Below, one piece after another: positions 50,101-59,740 of a stretch of 64,000 nucleotides of DNA (within the stretch, counting starts at the first letter, position 1; each line of letters starts with the position of its first letter). The notes under the pieces were generated by a model. The model saw only the letters and a list, made by a program, of their open reading frames with translations. It had not been told where the DNA came from and made no database searches. The position numbers and the translations under genes were made by a program. Source of the stretch: a virus. Taxonomy: Duplodnaviria; Caudoviricetes. The DNA is taken from IMG/VR virus record IMGVR_UViG_2627853746_000004, positions 1 through 64,000 of that record, one strand, 5' to 3'.

Positions 50101-52541
50101 CCATGAATGCTTCTGCGGCAGCTGAACTGATTTTGAAATATCCGCAGTTAGCCACAGAGATTTATAAAACGGCAGATGGATGGAAATTCGAGAAAGACGC
50201 TGTTGAAGTGCTGCGAAAAGCCAAGGTCCAGAAAGCGATTGACGATCTGAAGTCTGAAAAAGCATCCACATTCAACACCAGACTGGCAACTGACGAGCGC
50301 CTGAAGGCATACGGCATCGAAGCGGAGGCAATTAAGAGTCTGGCTGATCTGAAAGCGGCCATGAACGGAGTAACGTCTACAACCCTAACTACTGGAGATG
50401 ATCTTAAGTACTTCAAGCCTTCGTTCAGAGATCAAGGCGGCGCGCTGGACGAGAAGGCCAAACAGGAAGCGGCGGCTAAAAGTGAGCTGGATAAAATATA
50501 TGACTCCTACGCTAAGGAACAAATTGATTACCAAAACAAAATAAATGCCTTGAGCGGACTATATAAAGATCCGAACTTTGGTGTGAGTGCGGACAGCGAT
50601 AAGAAAAGCAAGAGCGGAAAAAGCGATGCTGAAAAGGATGCTGAAACAGCTGCTAAAGAAGCCGCGACAGCACGAAAAGAAGCGTATTCTGAAGATTTGG
50701 ATAACTTCAAATACATTGCCGAGCGGCAGAACTGGACCATCGATCAGCAAGCAGCTGGCTACGAACGATTGAAGAAGCGGCATGCCGCATACCTAGCCGA
50801 AGATAAAGATGCTATGAAACAGTGGAGCCGGGATGTTGTTGCTCTCAGCGATGCTCGGTACACCGAAGATGTGGCCAACTTGGAGAAGAAAACAGAACGC
50901 ATGCGTCAGGCGAACCTTCAAGAAGTCGAAATGGTCAAGGCTTCGCTTGATTTTTACACTAAGGAAGCTAAGAAAACTTATCTGACCGCAGAGCAAAAAG
51001 CTGAAGCGGATAAGCAAGGTTATGACCTGACGAAGCAATACAACGAACTGCGTTATACCAACTCCACGAACTGGATAGACAAAGAAGCCAACAAAATGGA
51101 GATGGGTGGAAAGAAGAAAGTTGAAATTATCAATATGGAATTACAGGCATATGAACGAATGGCAAAAGATAAAAATCGATCTGCTGAAGAAAATTTAAAA
51201 CTGGAACAAAACATTTACGAACAGAAGAAAGCCTTAATTGAACAGCAGTTTTCGGACAGTCAGAAAGATATTAGTCACCGAAAGGCCATTGGTGAACTTA
51301 CTGCGGCTCAGGAATTGCAGGAGTGGCAAAAGATACAGGCAATGTACCGAGTAGGTACTGAGCAGCGTATGGAAGCCGATGAACAGGTATACGCATTACG
51401 GCAGAAGTTGATTGAAGATGAAACAAAGTCGGTCGAAACACTAGCATCTTCTTACAAATCCAAAATTGAAGCCACACGTGACGCAGCAGTGAAAGCAATA
51501 GAAGCGGAGCGCGATGCATATCTTGCGGGAAAGGACGCTGAGATTCAAGCGATTGATGATCTGCTAAGTAAGCAACAGGAACTTAATGAGGATCAAGATT
51601 ATGAGAGTGCCTTAGCAGAGAAACAAGCGCGGTTAGCACTGCTGGCTTCGGCGGTTGGCCCGGACGGGATTGCCGAACGAGTGCAGGTCCAGAAGGACAT
51701 TGAAAAACTGCAATTGGATCATGAACGGGAGTTAGCGAAACGAAGCCTTGAAGAACAGAAGCAAGCCCTCCAGGACGAGAAGGACGCAAAGAAGACAGCC
51801 TATGATAAGGATATCGAAACGGCTAAATCTCACTATGAGGATCTGATATCGGCTTTCGAAAGCTTTTCATCTGACACAGCAAACCGTGCTGAGGTTCTGA
51901 AGAACATCCAAGTGCTGAAGGAGTCCGAGAAGAACGCGGAGATCCTGAGTCAGTTAGATCAGTTCATTTCAGACTATCAATCCAAGATGAGTGCAATTAC
52001 CACGCTGTCGCCTACTGTGAGCGGATCTGTGACACTGGCGGCATCAACAGGTGTAAGTCAGAAGGACGCAGACTTAATTGAATACAACTCAAATAAGGAT
52101 GCCTGGGACGCAGCCAAAGCAGCAAAGAATACAGCCGAAATGGAAAGATTGGCTGCACGTAATGAGGAGTTACGGCAGAAATACGGCGTAATTAAAGACA
52201 CTGGAAAACTTCAGACATTTCATGATGGTGGCGTAGTCCGAGGAGCGCGGCGCGGTGAAGAAACAACAGTCAATGCAAGAGTCGGAGAGATGTACATCAA
52301 TGACCGGCAGCAGGACAACCTTTTTAGAATGCTTAACTTTAAAATGCCTTCAATTGATTTCTCTATGCCAAGTTTTTCTATGCCAGCAGCGTCAGGAGGT
52401 TCAAATCCGCAGCAGGTAAGCAGCACCAGCGTAACATTCTCAGGAGATACTTATATTACAGACGACGCCGTAGCAAAGGTTTATTGGACTGAAAGGGATA
52501 ATTTCGTGCGGAGGTCGCAATCCAGATCGGGGGCGAAATAA
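47112..52541 (+). CDS. Tape measure protein
   Basis: 1809 aa, Ala/Lys/Glu-rich helical; TP901-like core (LSGENLGNMWKT). Confidence 0.93.
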   Translation: MTDMGKDVVGARLKLDTSKMLPAFQAIDRGAKGNAETFKVLNQEINVTTKNYTALAGAADKLALTSEDRRKKIMAESDALVKQRNAQTALIKAKKSQLDQTNQLVDAKLAAQMAIVVKRENAIEQQEREHLKRMEALQNRANKTAGSSSTGTSSTADSTRERVLREEQSIRQKLAQMEEKEAQLARKTAAEREAAVRSQEQKEIQMRERVLQEEQKIRAALKAREQQEANIRERIIQEEQKVRRALVTREQQEIKMRERILAEEKKVLQSLISTENQMNHMGKNTGFLTQIKDAAIHAAVFHTVFRSMMTVQEAMKEGIVDIESNMAGYVQTNEHYFLEYNQGTGEMVMNTKLLNAETEKFIHTTHDLGSEITDVTESARLWGRMYKDAGIVQEMVRKSTMLSTVDLVSLEDATKSMESTLAQYGVQIKDANDAAVLGGRILDSWSKVAHDTMAPAQDLGAAFERTGKIAAETGVSFDVMNGLISSGIRNTALSGENLGNMWKTVLGTIRTDKAVAEIESLGVATKEVVDGTEQWRRADDILLDLSTKVIDKNYDLTKSYADISRGVYQYAKLAASLNAGDILLGTAASIGSTGSTLEYLKVQMDTISRKAAQAKASLLEIFNQAGDDGLRAAIKKSLDVIDQLLIGLTKIPKGAFAATATLGGLLGLYKLIAPLLTQWRAAQTALNTAIAMHTTLQTAATAEMVVYTAAAKVAMATTAAWTAGLTLLVGAIAVFVYQSGKAEKAQREHAQAMKDEDAASQQMISQLQRQIELLPKLVNAHKSLESSLQSANLSEQKQTQIKKQLHEVSKALVITLGEEGAKQLETAGYTDEAVQIQVKALNQLIEKQNEARMNVLADQQNQVNKDLEKNLAEINKAKDKLNNLKTSLLAQTGQFVKNVFTFKDLDDSSKSVKALEDKIASLTVKNNELNASSADLGVQMSSLILQEDQFAGKAGTASESASDQAEVLADLREQIDGNGSAISEMNTLLKEMTGEQSMNASAAAELILKYPQLATEIYKTADGWKFEKDAVEVLRKAKVQKAIDDLKSEKASTFNTRLATDERLKAYGIEAEAIKSLADLKAAMNGVTSTTLTTGDDLKYFKPSFRDQGGALDEKAKQEAAAKSELDKIYDSYAKEQIDYQNKINALSGLYKDPNFGVSADSDKKSKSGKSDAEKDAETAAKEAATARKEAYSEDLDNFKYIAERQNWTIDQQAAGYERLKKRHAAYLAEDKDAMKQWSRDVVALSDARYTEDVANLEKKTERMRQANLQEVEMVKASLDFYTKEAKKTYLTAEQKAEADKQGYDLTKQYNELRYTNSTNWIDKEANKMEMGGKKKVEIINMELQAYERMAKDKNRSAEENLKLEQNIYEQKKALIEQQFSDSQKDISHRKAIGELTAAQELQEWQKIQAMYRVGTEQRMEADEQVYALRQKLIEDETKSVETLASSYKSKIEATRDAAVKAIEAERDAYLAGKDAEIQAIDDLLSKQQELNEDQDYESALAEKQARLALLASAVGPDGIAERVQVQKDIEKLQLDHERELAKRSLEEQKQALQDEKDAKKTAYDKDIETAKSHYEDLISAFESFSSDTANRAEVLKNIQVLKESEKNAEILSQLDQFISDYQSKMSAITTLSPTVSGSVTLAASTGVSQKDADLIEYNSNKDAWDAAKAAKNTAEMERLAARNEELRQKYGVIKDTGKLQTFHDGGVVRGARRGEETTVNARVGEMYINDRQQDNLFRMLNFKMPSIDFSMPSFSMPAASGGSNPQQVSSTSVTFSGDTYITDDAVAKVYWTERDNFVRRSQSRSGAK

Positions 52542-53345
52542 TTGATTACAGCAACAGCAGATGGTGTAACGTTTGAAAGTATCGGACTGGGGCTGAAATC
52601 TCACAATATCCCTGTTCTGCCCCCGACAAAGGATAACACAGTAGAACTGGCTGATCGTGACGGTGCCTTAGATTTTGGCAGTACCTACGGACCCAGACCA
52701 TTCAACCTTGAGTGCATTATAATGGCTGACGATCCGACATTGGATTATCAAAGGAGAGTCGCTCTTGTAGCGGCTCTTTTTAACATTCAAAAAGGCGATA
52801 TTGTATTTACCTTTGAGGATCATCCGGGAAAGAGATTCATAGGTAGGTACGCAGGCACTATGGATATCACAAAGCTGATATTTGATGGAGAGGTTACAAT
52901 ACCCATCAAAATGAACAATCCATATCCTGAGTCGATCCAGGATACAACCGTCCGAGAATATGGGCAAGGGTTGGAATATGGACAGGGATACTTGTATAGC
53001 GATTATGCAAATTGGATATCTGCAAATGGACAGAGCATTGTTATTCGTAATGAAGGCAGTGCCAAAGCTTTCCCTATCATACGAATTAGCGGATCTTTCT
53101 CCGATTTGCATCTCTCAGATGGAACTTCGACACTCATACTATATGGCACGAGTAGCGCTTCGGATGTGTGGGAGATTAACTGCGATATGGATGAATGCAC
53201 CGTTCTCCTCAACGGACAGAACGCTTTTTCAAGAAGCAATGCTGTTTTCTTTAGACTCCAACCCGGGAATACAACATTCACAGTGTCAGGTGGATCATTG
53301 GCGGTTAACCTCGCATTTATATTCAGGTACAAATATCTCTATTGA
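52542..53345 (+). CDS. Distal tail protein (Dit)
   Basis: RDGALDFGSTYGPRPF, PYPES, NEGSAKAFPII, LQPGN. Confidence 0.85.
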   Translation: MITATADGVTFESIGLGLKSHNIPVLPPTKDNTVELADRDGALDFGSTYGPRPFNLECIIMADDPTLDYQRRVALVAALFNIQKGDIVFTFEDHPGKRFIGRYAGTMDITKLIFDGEVTIPIKMNNPYPESIQDTTVREYGQGLEYGQGYLYSDYANWISANGQSIVIRNEGSAKAFPIIRISGSFSDLHLSDGTSTLILYGTSSASDVWEINCDMDECTVLLNGQNAFSRSNAVFFRLQPGNTTFTVSGGSLAVNLAFIFRYKYLY

Positions 53346-53359
53346 GAGGAGGAATCGTT

Positions 53360-54187
53360 TTGGCATTTAATCGAAGAACAATCAACAAAGAACTCGACAT
53401 AGCAAACCTTAATAAGCACAACGACAATTACGCGGATATCGAATCAACATTAGATGCGCATGATATTGCCATTGCAACATCAGCCAGCCATATAGCAGAC
53501 GGTAACATCCATACTACCGCAGCCGAGAAGACCAAGCTTGCGGGGATCACGGCCGGAGCTGGTGGAGCGAACTCAGCTACGGATTCTGTGATTGGGAGCC
53601 GGACGGCAACGGACAGTGTGACACCCAGCCTGACAGGGACAATAACAGCGCTGTTCTCCAGTTTGTTCACCTTGATCAAAGGGATTACGGGCAAGTCCAG
53701 CGCTCTTACGGCTCCGGCTACTACGCTTGAGGCGGCCAAGGCTCATATGGATACTGCCAATATCCACACCACGGCAGCCGAAAAGACCAAGCTGGCTGGT
53801 ATTGCTACCGGGGCAGAGGTTAACCAAAACGCTTTTGCTCAGGTCAATAACATCCCGGCGGCTGCGGAATCGGACGCGCTGACCGTGACGGGCGGCACGG
53901 GGATTACCATTACAAATAACCCAACCACCAAGACTCTGACGGTTACAGCAACCGGCACGGCCACCCCAGGGGCGCACGCCTCGTCCCATCTACCGGGCGG
54001 CAGTGATCCGATTGCTATTGCAACACCTTCGGCGGCAGGGCTGATGGCTGCTGCGGATAAAGTGGATCTGACAAATGTTAAGACGAAAGTGACGGCATTA
54101 GAGGATTTTTTGGGATACATGCCGATTGATGGCGGGGCATTCACGGGCAATCCTACGGGGCCTACTATTGACGGCGGAACTATATAA
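53360..54187 (+). CDS. Tail fibre/baseplate protein
   Basis: Duplicated NIHTTAAEKTKLAGI; GAEVNQNAF; AGLMAAADK. Confidence 0.75.
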   Translation: MAFNRRTINKELDIANLNKHNDNYADIESTLDAHDIAIATSASHIADGNIHTTAAEKTKLAGITAGAGGANSATDSVIGSRTATDSVTPSLTGTITALFSSLFTLIKGITGKSSALTAPATTLEAAKAHMDTANIHTTAAEKTKLAGIATGAEVNQNAFAQVNNIPAAAESDALTVTGGTGITITNNPTTKTLTVTATGTATPGAHASSHLPGGSDPIAIATPSAAGLMAAADKVDLTNVKTKVTALEDFLGYMPIDGGAFTGNPTGPTIDGGTI

Positions 54188-54202
54188 AGGGGGGATTAGT
54201 CC

Positions 54203-55243
54203 ATGGCAGTAACGACAATTAAGATCAGACGGGGGCCAGCTTCTAACCTGGCCGGGCTAAGTTTACAAGAGGGCGAACCGGGGTTTGTAGTAGACACGGG
54301 TAAGCTCCTCATCGGGGATGGCCAGGGCAATAATGTCGTAATCAATCCGGACCAGGCGAACGCGACCACGGCAGATAAGCTCAAGACGGGGCGTACTATT
54401 GCAATCACAGGGGATGGTACAGGCAGCAGTGCTGCTTTTGATGGATCAGCCAATGCTTCTATTGCATTAGTACTTGCAAATACCGGCACAGCCACAGGTA
54501 CTTTTACAAAATTCACGGTAGATGCAAAAGGCCGGATTACTTCTGCTGTGCTTCTCACTGCAGCTGATATTCCGACTTTGACTTTGGCCAAAATCAGTGA
54601 TGCTGGGACAGCGGCAAGCAAAAATACCGGGACTGCCGCAGGTAATGTGCCTGTGCTGGACAGCGGCGGTAAGCTGGATACTGCTGTACTCCCTGCGTTG
54701 GCTATCTCGGATACCTTTGTTGTAGCTACTCAGGCGGCAATGCTGGCCTTGACGGCGGAAGTCGGGGATATCGCAGTCCGGACGGATCTCAATAAGACCT
54801 TTATCCTCCGGTTAGCAGGTGCGTCTACCCTAGGAAACTGGCAGGAAATCCTATCACCTACGGCAGCAGTATCCAGTGTAGCTGGTAAGACTGGAGCCGT
54901 GACGGTAACGGCGTCTGATGTAGGGCTGGGTAACGTGACTAATGAGAGTAAGGCTACAATGTTCGCGAGTCCAACGTTTACCGGTGCTCCTTCAGGACCG
55001 ACAGCACTGGCAGGGACTAATACTACTCAATTTGCAACAACGGCATTTGTGGAGGCTGTCCGTGCCATCTTGGCTGCGGCTGATGCTCTTAAGGCTCCGT
55101 TAGCATCCCCTGCTTTCACAGGCAATCCAACAGTACCCACACAGGCTATCTCTGACAACAGCACAAAGGCTGCAAGTACCGCCTTTGTGCAATCTCAGGG
55201 ATACCTTAAGGCAACCGACACCATTGACGGCGGTACATTTTAA
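54203..55243 (+). CDS. Tail fibre protein
   Basis: IKIRRG..LQEGEPG N-terminus; TVDAKGRIT; SPAFTGNPT/ATTAFV repeats. Confidence 0.85.
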   Translation: MAVTTIKIRRGPASNLAGLSLQEGEPGFVVDTGKLLIGDGQGNNVVINPDQANATTADKLKTGRTIAITGDGTGSSAAFDGSANASIALVLANTGTATGTFTKFTVDAKGRITSAVLLTAADIPTLTLAKISDAGTAASKNTGTAAGNVPVLDSGGKLDTAVLPALAISDTFVVATQAAMLALTAEVGDIAVRTDLNKTFILRLAGASTLGNWQEILSPTAAVSSVAGKTGAVTVTASDVGLGNVTNESKATMFASPTFTGAPSGPTALAGTNTTQFATTAFVEAVRAILAAADALKAPLASPAFTGNPTVPTQAISDNSTKAASTAFVQSQGYLKATDTIDGGTF

Positions 55244-55258
55244 GGAGGAGAGCGCACT

Positions 55259-56488
55259 ATGGCAAATAAGATACAGTTAAGACGTGGCACTAAGGCACAG
55301 CTGGCAACGCTGGGTGCCTTATCAGCAGGGGAGCCGGGTTATACCACGGATAGCAAGGAGCTATTTATAGGTAATGGGGCCGGAGCCAATACACCTGTGG
55401 TTACAGCGACCTCTGCAGATATTACTTACTATGTCCGTACAGATGGTAATGATGGGAATACAGGGCTGGCTAATACAGCAGGTGGGGCGTTCAAGACTAT
55501 AACAAAAGCTGTTTCTATGTTACCTCAGGTTATTAATCATTCATTGACATTGAATATTGCTGCTGGAGCTTACTCGGAAAGTGTGGTAATCACTGGTTTC
55601 ACAGGTAATGGCCGACTGGATATTGTTGGCGACACTGTTGTAAGTGCAACCCGTACGGTAACGTCAATTGTCGTTACTAATAACACTGCTCCAATTTATA
55701 TCAAAGGCATTCGAGCGCTTAACACGGCAGGTGCTGGATTTTACGGGGCAAGCAATACTAATTTTGGACTTGAGGTTTGCAGCATTATTGCATCTGCTCC
55801 TACACAGCCTGGATTTGATTTTGGCGGAGGAGGGATGGTTAGTTTAAACGGATGTTTGGCAAGCAATCGGAATGCCGCGCTGAATGTAAATGGTGCTGTT
55901 ATGGTGGTATCGTATACTTGGCAAGCGGGATCAGGAAACTCCTACGGCGTATCCGTCTACTTTGGTAAGGTTGGTAAAGCGGGTACGCAACCAGCAGGGA
56001 CCACAGCCGAATATGTAGCGGCAGGCGGAGAAATTAGTGATTCTGGTGTTCTTAACCCATGGGGAGATAATACGACCTCCAGCAGACCCGGTGTAAGTGC
56101 CACCTCTAACACCTCACAAGCATTAAGCGCAAATGTAGCAACAAAAGTGTTATTTGATGTAGAAAAAAACGATAACACTAATAACTTTACGAATAGCACA
56201 TTTACAGCTCCAACATCAGGTGATTATCTAATCAATGCGTTTGTATCGATTTTGAGCCTTCAGGCTGGATCATCTGCGGATTTATATATTTATGTCAATG
56301 GTGCTATATATCGGCGAATTGGACTATATGTTAACCCGGGAGCTAATGGAGCTAATCATGGTATTGGTGGTTCTGCTGCGGTAAAACTTGTTGCTGGTGA
56401 TACTGTAGAAGTTTACGCGAAGGCTGGAAACAACGCTAATATTGCCGTTGGAACTGATCGAGGATTTGAATGTGAGAGAATAGCCTAA
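55259..56488 (+). CDS. Tail fibre/receptor-binding protein with C1q-like tip
   Basis: IQLRRG, YYVRTDGNDGNTG..AFKTI, FTAPTSGDYLI, KLVAGDTVEVY. Confidence 0.8.
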   Translation: MANKIQLRRGTKAQLATLGALSAGEPGYTTDSKELFIGNGAGANTPVVTATSADITYYVRTDGNDGNTGLANTAGGAFKTITKAVSMLPQVINHSLTLNIAAGAYSESVVITGFTGNGRLDIVGDTVVSATRTVTSIVVTNNTAPIYIKGIRALNTAGAGFYGASNTNFGLEVCSIIASAPTQPGFDFGGGGMVSLNGCLASNRNAALNVNGAVMVVSYTWQAGSGNSYGVSVYFGKVGKAGTQPAGTTAEYVAAGGEISDSGVLNPWGDNTTSSRPGVSATSNTSQALSANVATKVLFDVEKNDNTNNFTNSTFTAPTSGDYLINAFVSILSLQAGSSADLYIYVNGAIYRRIGLYVNPGANGANHGIGGSAAVKLVAGDTVEVYAKAGNNANIAVGTDRGFECERIA

Positions 56489-56508
56489 GGATAAAGGAGG
56501 TAATCAAG

Positions 56509-57021
56509 TTGAATATAGCACAAGCAATCATGTACCTGCATCCGGGCGCTGACCCGATGCGGGATTTTGTTGTGCAAGACAACGGTCCTGAGCCAGTCTT
56601 GCGCCCCGGTGCCGAAGACAAAGGTCGTGTCCGGTACGAGATCAAGCTGCCGGACGAGGGCGAGGAGCCGGTTGAGGGCGTACACTATCGTTATGGCATC
56701 GACTATAACCTGCTGACAGAGGGCGAGGATTACGACCTTGTAGAGCGTGGGCCGTATATCGCAGTGTGGAAGCTGGACGAGCCGCAGCCCACGGAAGCAG
56801 AGCTACAAGCAGCATGGGAAGCATACCAGGAAGCCGAAGCTAACACTCCGCCGAAGCTGACGGAGATCGAGCAGGTCCGCGAGGAACTGGCACAAACTCA
56901 AATGGCCCTAACAGATACCTTTGAGCAATTGCTATCCGCCCAGGATGAAGCGACCAGCGCGCAGCTTGCCCTTGTTGATCTGTACGAGCTGGTACTGCCT
57001 CTGATTGGGGGTGACGTATAA
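56509..57021 (+). CDS. XkdW-family protein
   Basis: MNIAQAIMYLHP.ADP..DFVVQDNG...PQPTEAELQAAW. Confidence 0.8.
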   Translation: MNIAQAIMYLHPGADPMRDFVVQDNGPEPVLRPGAEDKGRVRYEIKLPDEGEEPVEGVHYRYGIDYNLLTEGEDYDLVERGPYIAVWKLDEPQPTEAELQAAWEAYQEAEANTPPKLTEIEQVREELAQTQMALTDTFEQLLSAQDEATSAQLALVDLYELVLPLIGGDV

Positions 57022-57128
57022 TGCCGCAAGTATATGCAAGCCTGATCCGCAAAGGATTGAAGACGATTGAACAAGTGCCTACTGTGATCCGTGATGAGGT
57101 ACAGGCGCTCCTGGCTGACAATGCGTAG
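57021..57128 (+). CDS. CD1375-like small protein
   Basis: VYASLIRKGLKTIEQVP..IRDEV; not in the ORF track. Confidence 0.7.
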   Translation: MPQVYASLIRKGLKTIEQVPTVIRDEVQALLADNA

Positions 57129-57186
57129 CTGGTTGGCCCGGCTGCTGGTCTCCGGTGGCCTACGCCTTATGAGGGGAGGTGATACC

Positions 57187-57327
57187 ATGTCTGTTATCTA
57201 TGCGCTGCTGATTATTAAGGGGCTGAAGAACTTTGCCCAAGTGCCGGTTAAACTGCAGCCGGAAGTAAAGTCATACCTGGCCGCATCTGATCTGGATGAG
57301 AGCGGCAATCCATTGCCTATAGAATAG
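57187..57327 (+). CDS. Second CD1375-like small protein
   Basis: IYALLIIKGLKNFAQVP..LQPEV; GGAGGTGA RBS. Confidence 0.7.
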   Translation: MSVIYALLIIKGLKNFAQVPVKLQPEVKSYLAASDLDESGNPLPIE

Positions 57328-57432
57328 ATACTGCTGGCGCCCATAGAGGCGTTTTTATTTTGCCCTCGGAGCTGCTTCGGGGGCTATTTTTTGTTAAGGA
57401 AAATTTTCCTTGGCTAATAAGGAGGTTAGAAG

Positions 57433-59676
57433 TTGGATTTCTTAGAATCTTACGATAAGAATATGGTAGCAATCGGTGCTTTGGTTAAGTCCTATGATGT
57501 TACCAGAAAACGCCGCATTAACTCAGATTATGAATTGTCTTTTTTGGTACCCATGAATTCAAGGGACTATCTTGAAAAGATACAAATCAAAGGTCACATT
57601 AAAGATGAGCGCGGCCAGTTCTATGTAATTAACAGCCGATCCCGGGTCCGGGAGGATCGAAAGTTGACGGCATCTATCATGTGCACCCACGTAATGTTCA
57701 AGCTTACCGATTTCAAGTTTCCATACTCCTCGTACATTGCCGAAGCATATGGAGTGCATATTTCACAACTTACAAATCTAATCTCTGCTGCAACCGGTGG
57801 ACGGTTTACGTTTTCGATTGATGATACGTTTGATCTTTCTGATGTTAAGGATTTCGGACAAGGAAATTGTCTTCAGGCGCTAAATAAGGTCATTGAAATG
57901 TACGGATGCGAGATAGAGGCGGATAACTTTGTCATTCACCTCAAAAAGCAAATCGGTAAAGATGAAGGCATGCAGTACCGAATACAGAAAAACATTGTCT
58001 CAGATCAATTTAAAGATGATGCTTCATCGCTTGTGACACGCCTGTTTTGCCAAATGAAGGACGGTAGAACGTGGATAGGTCAACCTGCATCGATCCTCAC
58101 CAACGAAGAGAGAACACTGCTGGGGGATGTACCAGGGGCAATTGTTAACGGCATTCTGCAAGTCAATTATCTCATCTCTCCATATGCCGCGAGCTGGGGG
58201 AGTAATTCGGTTCCGTACTTTGATGGGGAAATAATTGAACAGGATATTGAATCAGTAGCCGATCTCTTAGAGGCCGGGAGAAAGACACTGAGAGAGAAGG
58301 AAATCCCAAGCTTTGAAGTTACAGCGGACAGCACAGACCTGTACAAGATTAGAAGCAATGCGGTAAAACCAAACCTCGGGGATACCGCCTATTGCTATGA
58401 TCCAGATATCGGGCTGAACAATCTTAAATCACGGATCATGGAGTTAACGGAATACCCGTACACCAAGGAGAAACATGCACAAGCGGTGCTATCTAACGTT
58501 GAAATTAAAGATATGGATGATATTATTGCAGATCTGGATAAGAGCAAGAAACTCGTTGACAATCTCTATTCAAATGGACGTATCCGAACAGAATTGTTTG
58601 AAGCGGTGGCAAAGCAAGTCATTACAGATATCAATAATTCAAAAACGGAACTGATTTACCCGGAAGACGGCGGAATCCTTGCGCGTGAAAAAACAAACCA
58701 CGATCGGCAAGTTCGTCTAACCTCAGTAGGATTAGGTATATCCACTGATGGGTGGCAGACCATCCGTTCAGCAGTGACGGCAGCAGGTGTGCTGGCAGAA
58801 ACGGTTGTAGGCCAGTTTGGTAGCTTCGTATCCATGCTGATTGGCAGCGGAAATGCAGTTACCCAAATTAATACAAACGGGATAGCAGCTGGACATGCTA
58901 ACTTCAATGAAGCACCCTTTCGAGTAGATATGAACGGGAATTTGGTCGCGAACAAATTAACGGCCAATTCAGCTTCCATCGCAAACTCAAACTTTTCAGG
59001 CGGGGCTATTGTAGGATCATCGATAAATGTGGGTAATGGCAAATTCACAGTGAACTCACAGGGGGACCTTTATACAAACGGAGGAATTTTGGTAGGGGGC
59101 TCAATTATCGGTTCAACTATAAATGTAGGCGGCGGTAGATTTACAGTAAGTTCATCCGGTGATGTTTACGCTGAAGGTGGAGTATTTGCTGGAGGAACAA
59201 TAACAGGTGCGAAGTATCAAACCTCCAGTAATTTGTGGCCGAGAGTTGTTATTGATCCTTCTACCGTTGCGTTTGGGATTTATGCAGATGCTAATAATGG
59301 GATACTAATTCCTGCTTATGATGGGGGAGTAAGTAAGATCCGTTTTCTGGCAAACGGGAATGAGTCCACAATATACAACTCTCCCGGTGTTGGTCTTGCG
59401 TTAAGTGCTTATGGTAATTTGACATTAGGCGGGGATAATGTAGTTTTAGCTCCAGTTGGGAATGTGCGGATACCTTCTTGGACTAATCTGAGGAACATTT
59501 CAGGGACATCACTTCAGAGTGAACTTGACTACATTAGTAGCGCAATTGCAGCTTTGTGGAGTGCGCTGAACAATAAATCGAATGTCGGTCATACTCACAG
59601 CGTTGCTCTGGGAACGCACAATCACGGCATACCTGGCGCAGTTAATTGGGGCGGCACGTTCACCACTTCTTCTTAA
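57433..59676 (+). CDS. Tal/baseplate hub (prophage endopeptidase-tail-like) with spike repeats
   Basis: INSDYELSF, DNFVIHL..QIG, LVTRL, STDGWQT; repeated GSSINVG. Confidence 0.8.
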   Translation: MDFLESYDKNMVAIGALVKSYDVTRKRRINSDYELSFLVPMNSRDYLEKIQIKGHIKDERGQFYVINSRSRVREDRKLTASIMCTHVMFKLTDFKFPYSSYIAEAYGVHISQLTNLISAATGGRFTFSIDDTFDLSDVKDFGQGNCLQALNKVIEMYGCEIEADNFVIHLKKQIGKDEGMQYRIQKNIVSDQFKDDASSLVTRLFCQMKDGRTWIGQPASILTNEERTLLGDVPGAIVNGILQVNYLISPYAASWGSNSVPYFDGEIIEQDIESVADLLEAGRKTLREKEIPSFEVTADSTDLYKIRSNAVKPNLGDTAYCYDPDIGLNNLKSRIMELTEYPYTKEKHAQAVLSNVEIKDMDDIIADLDKSKKLVDNLYSNGRIRTELFEAVAKQVITDINNSKTELIYPEDGGILAREKTNHDRQVRLTSVGLGISTDGWQTIRSAVTAAGVLAETVVGQFGSFVSMLIGSGNAVTQINTNGIAAGHANFNEAPFRVDMNGNLVANKLTANSASIANSNFSGGAIVGSSINVGNGKFTVNSQGDLYTNGGILVGGSIIGSTINVGGGRFTVSSSGDVYAEGGVFAGGTITGAKYQTSSNLWPRVVIDPSTVAFGIYADANNGILIPAYDGGVSKIRFLANGNESTIYNSPGVGLALSAYGNLTLGGDNVVLAPVGNVRIPSWTNLRNISGTSLQSELDYISSAIAALWSALNNKSNVGHTHSVALGTHNHGIPGAVNWGGTFTTSS

Positions 59677-59678
59677 GT

Positions 59679-59706
59679 TGAAACTTTTTCAGGTTTATGA
59701 CGATAA
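59679..59706 (+). promoter_or_regulatory. ECF sigma (SigM/W/X-like) promoter
   Basis: TGAAAC-N16-CGATAA. Confidence 0.5.
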
Positions 59707-59740
59707 TAGAGGTAACAAATTCCAAAAAGGAGCTGTTACC

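Larger units (their letters stand above)
9936..57411. repeat. Dispersed palindrome AGGAAA-NN-TTTCCT (parS/operator-like)
   Basis: Exact matches within 12590-12605, 17628-17643, 29167-29182, 38044-38059, 47069-47084 and 57396-57411; one-mismatch copies at 9936-9951 (in parB) and 35488-35503. Confidence 0.8.

Noticed and set aside
47616-52426. Many short minus-strand ORFs within the tape measure and other long genes
   Set aside because: Antisense shadows of real genes without recognisable RBS or domains.
54203-56488. Diversity-generating retroelement acting on Mtd-like fibres
   Set aside because: No RT and no template/variable repeat pair seen in the window.
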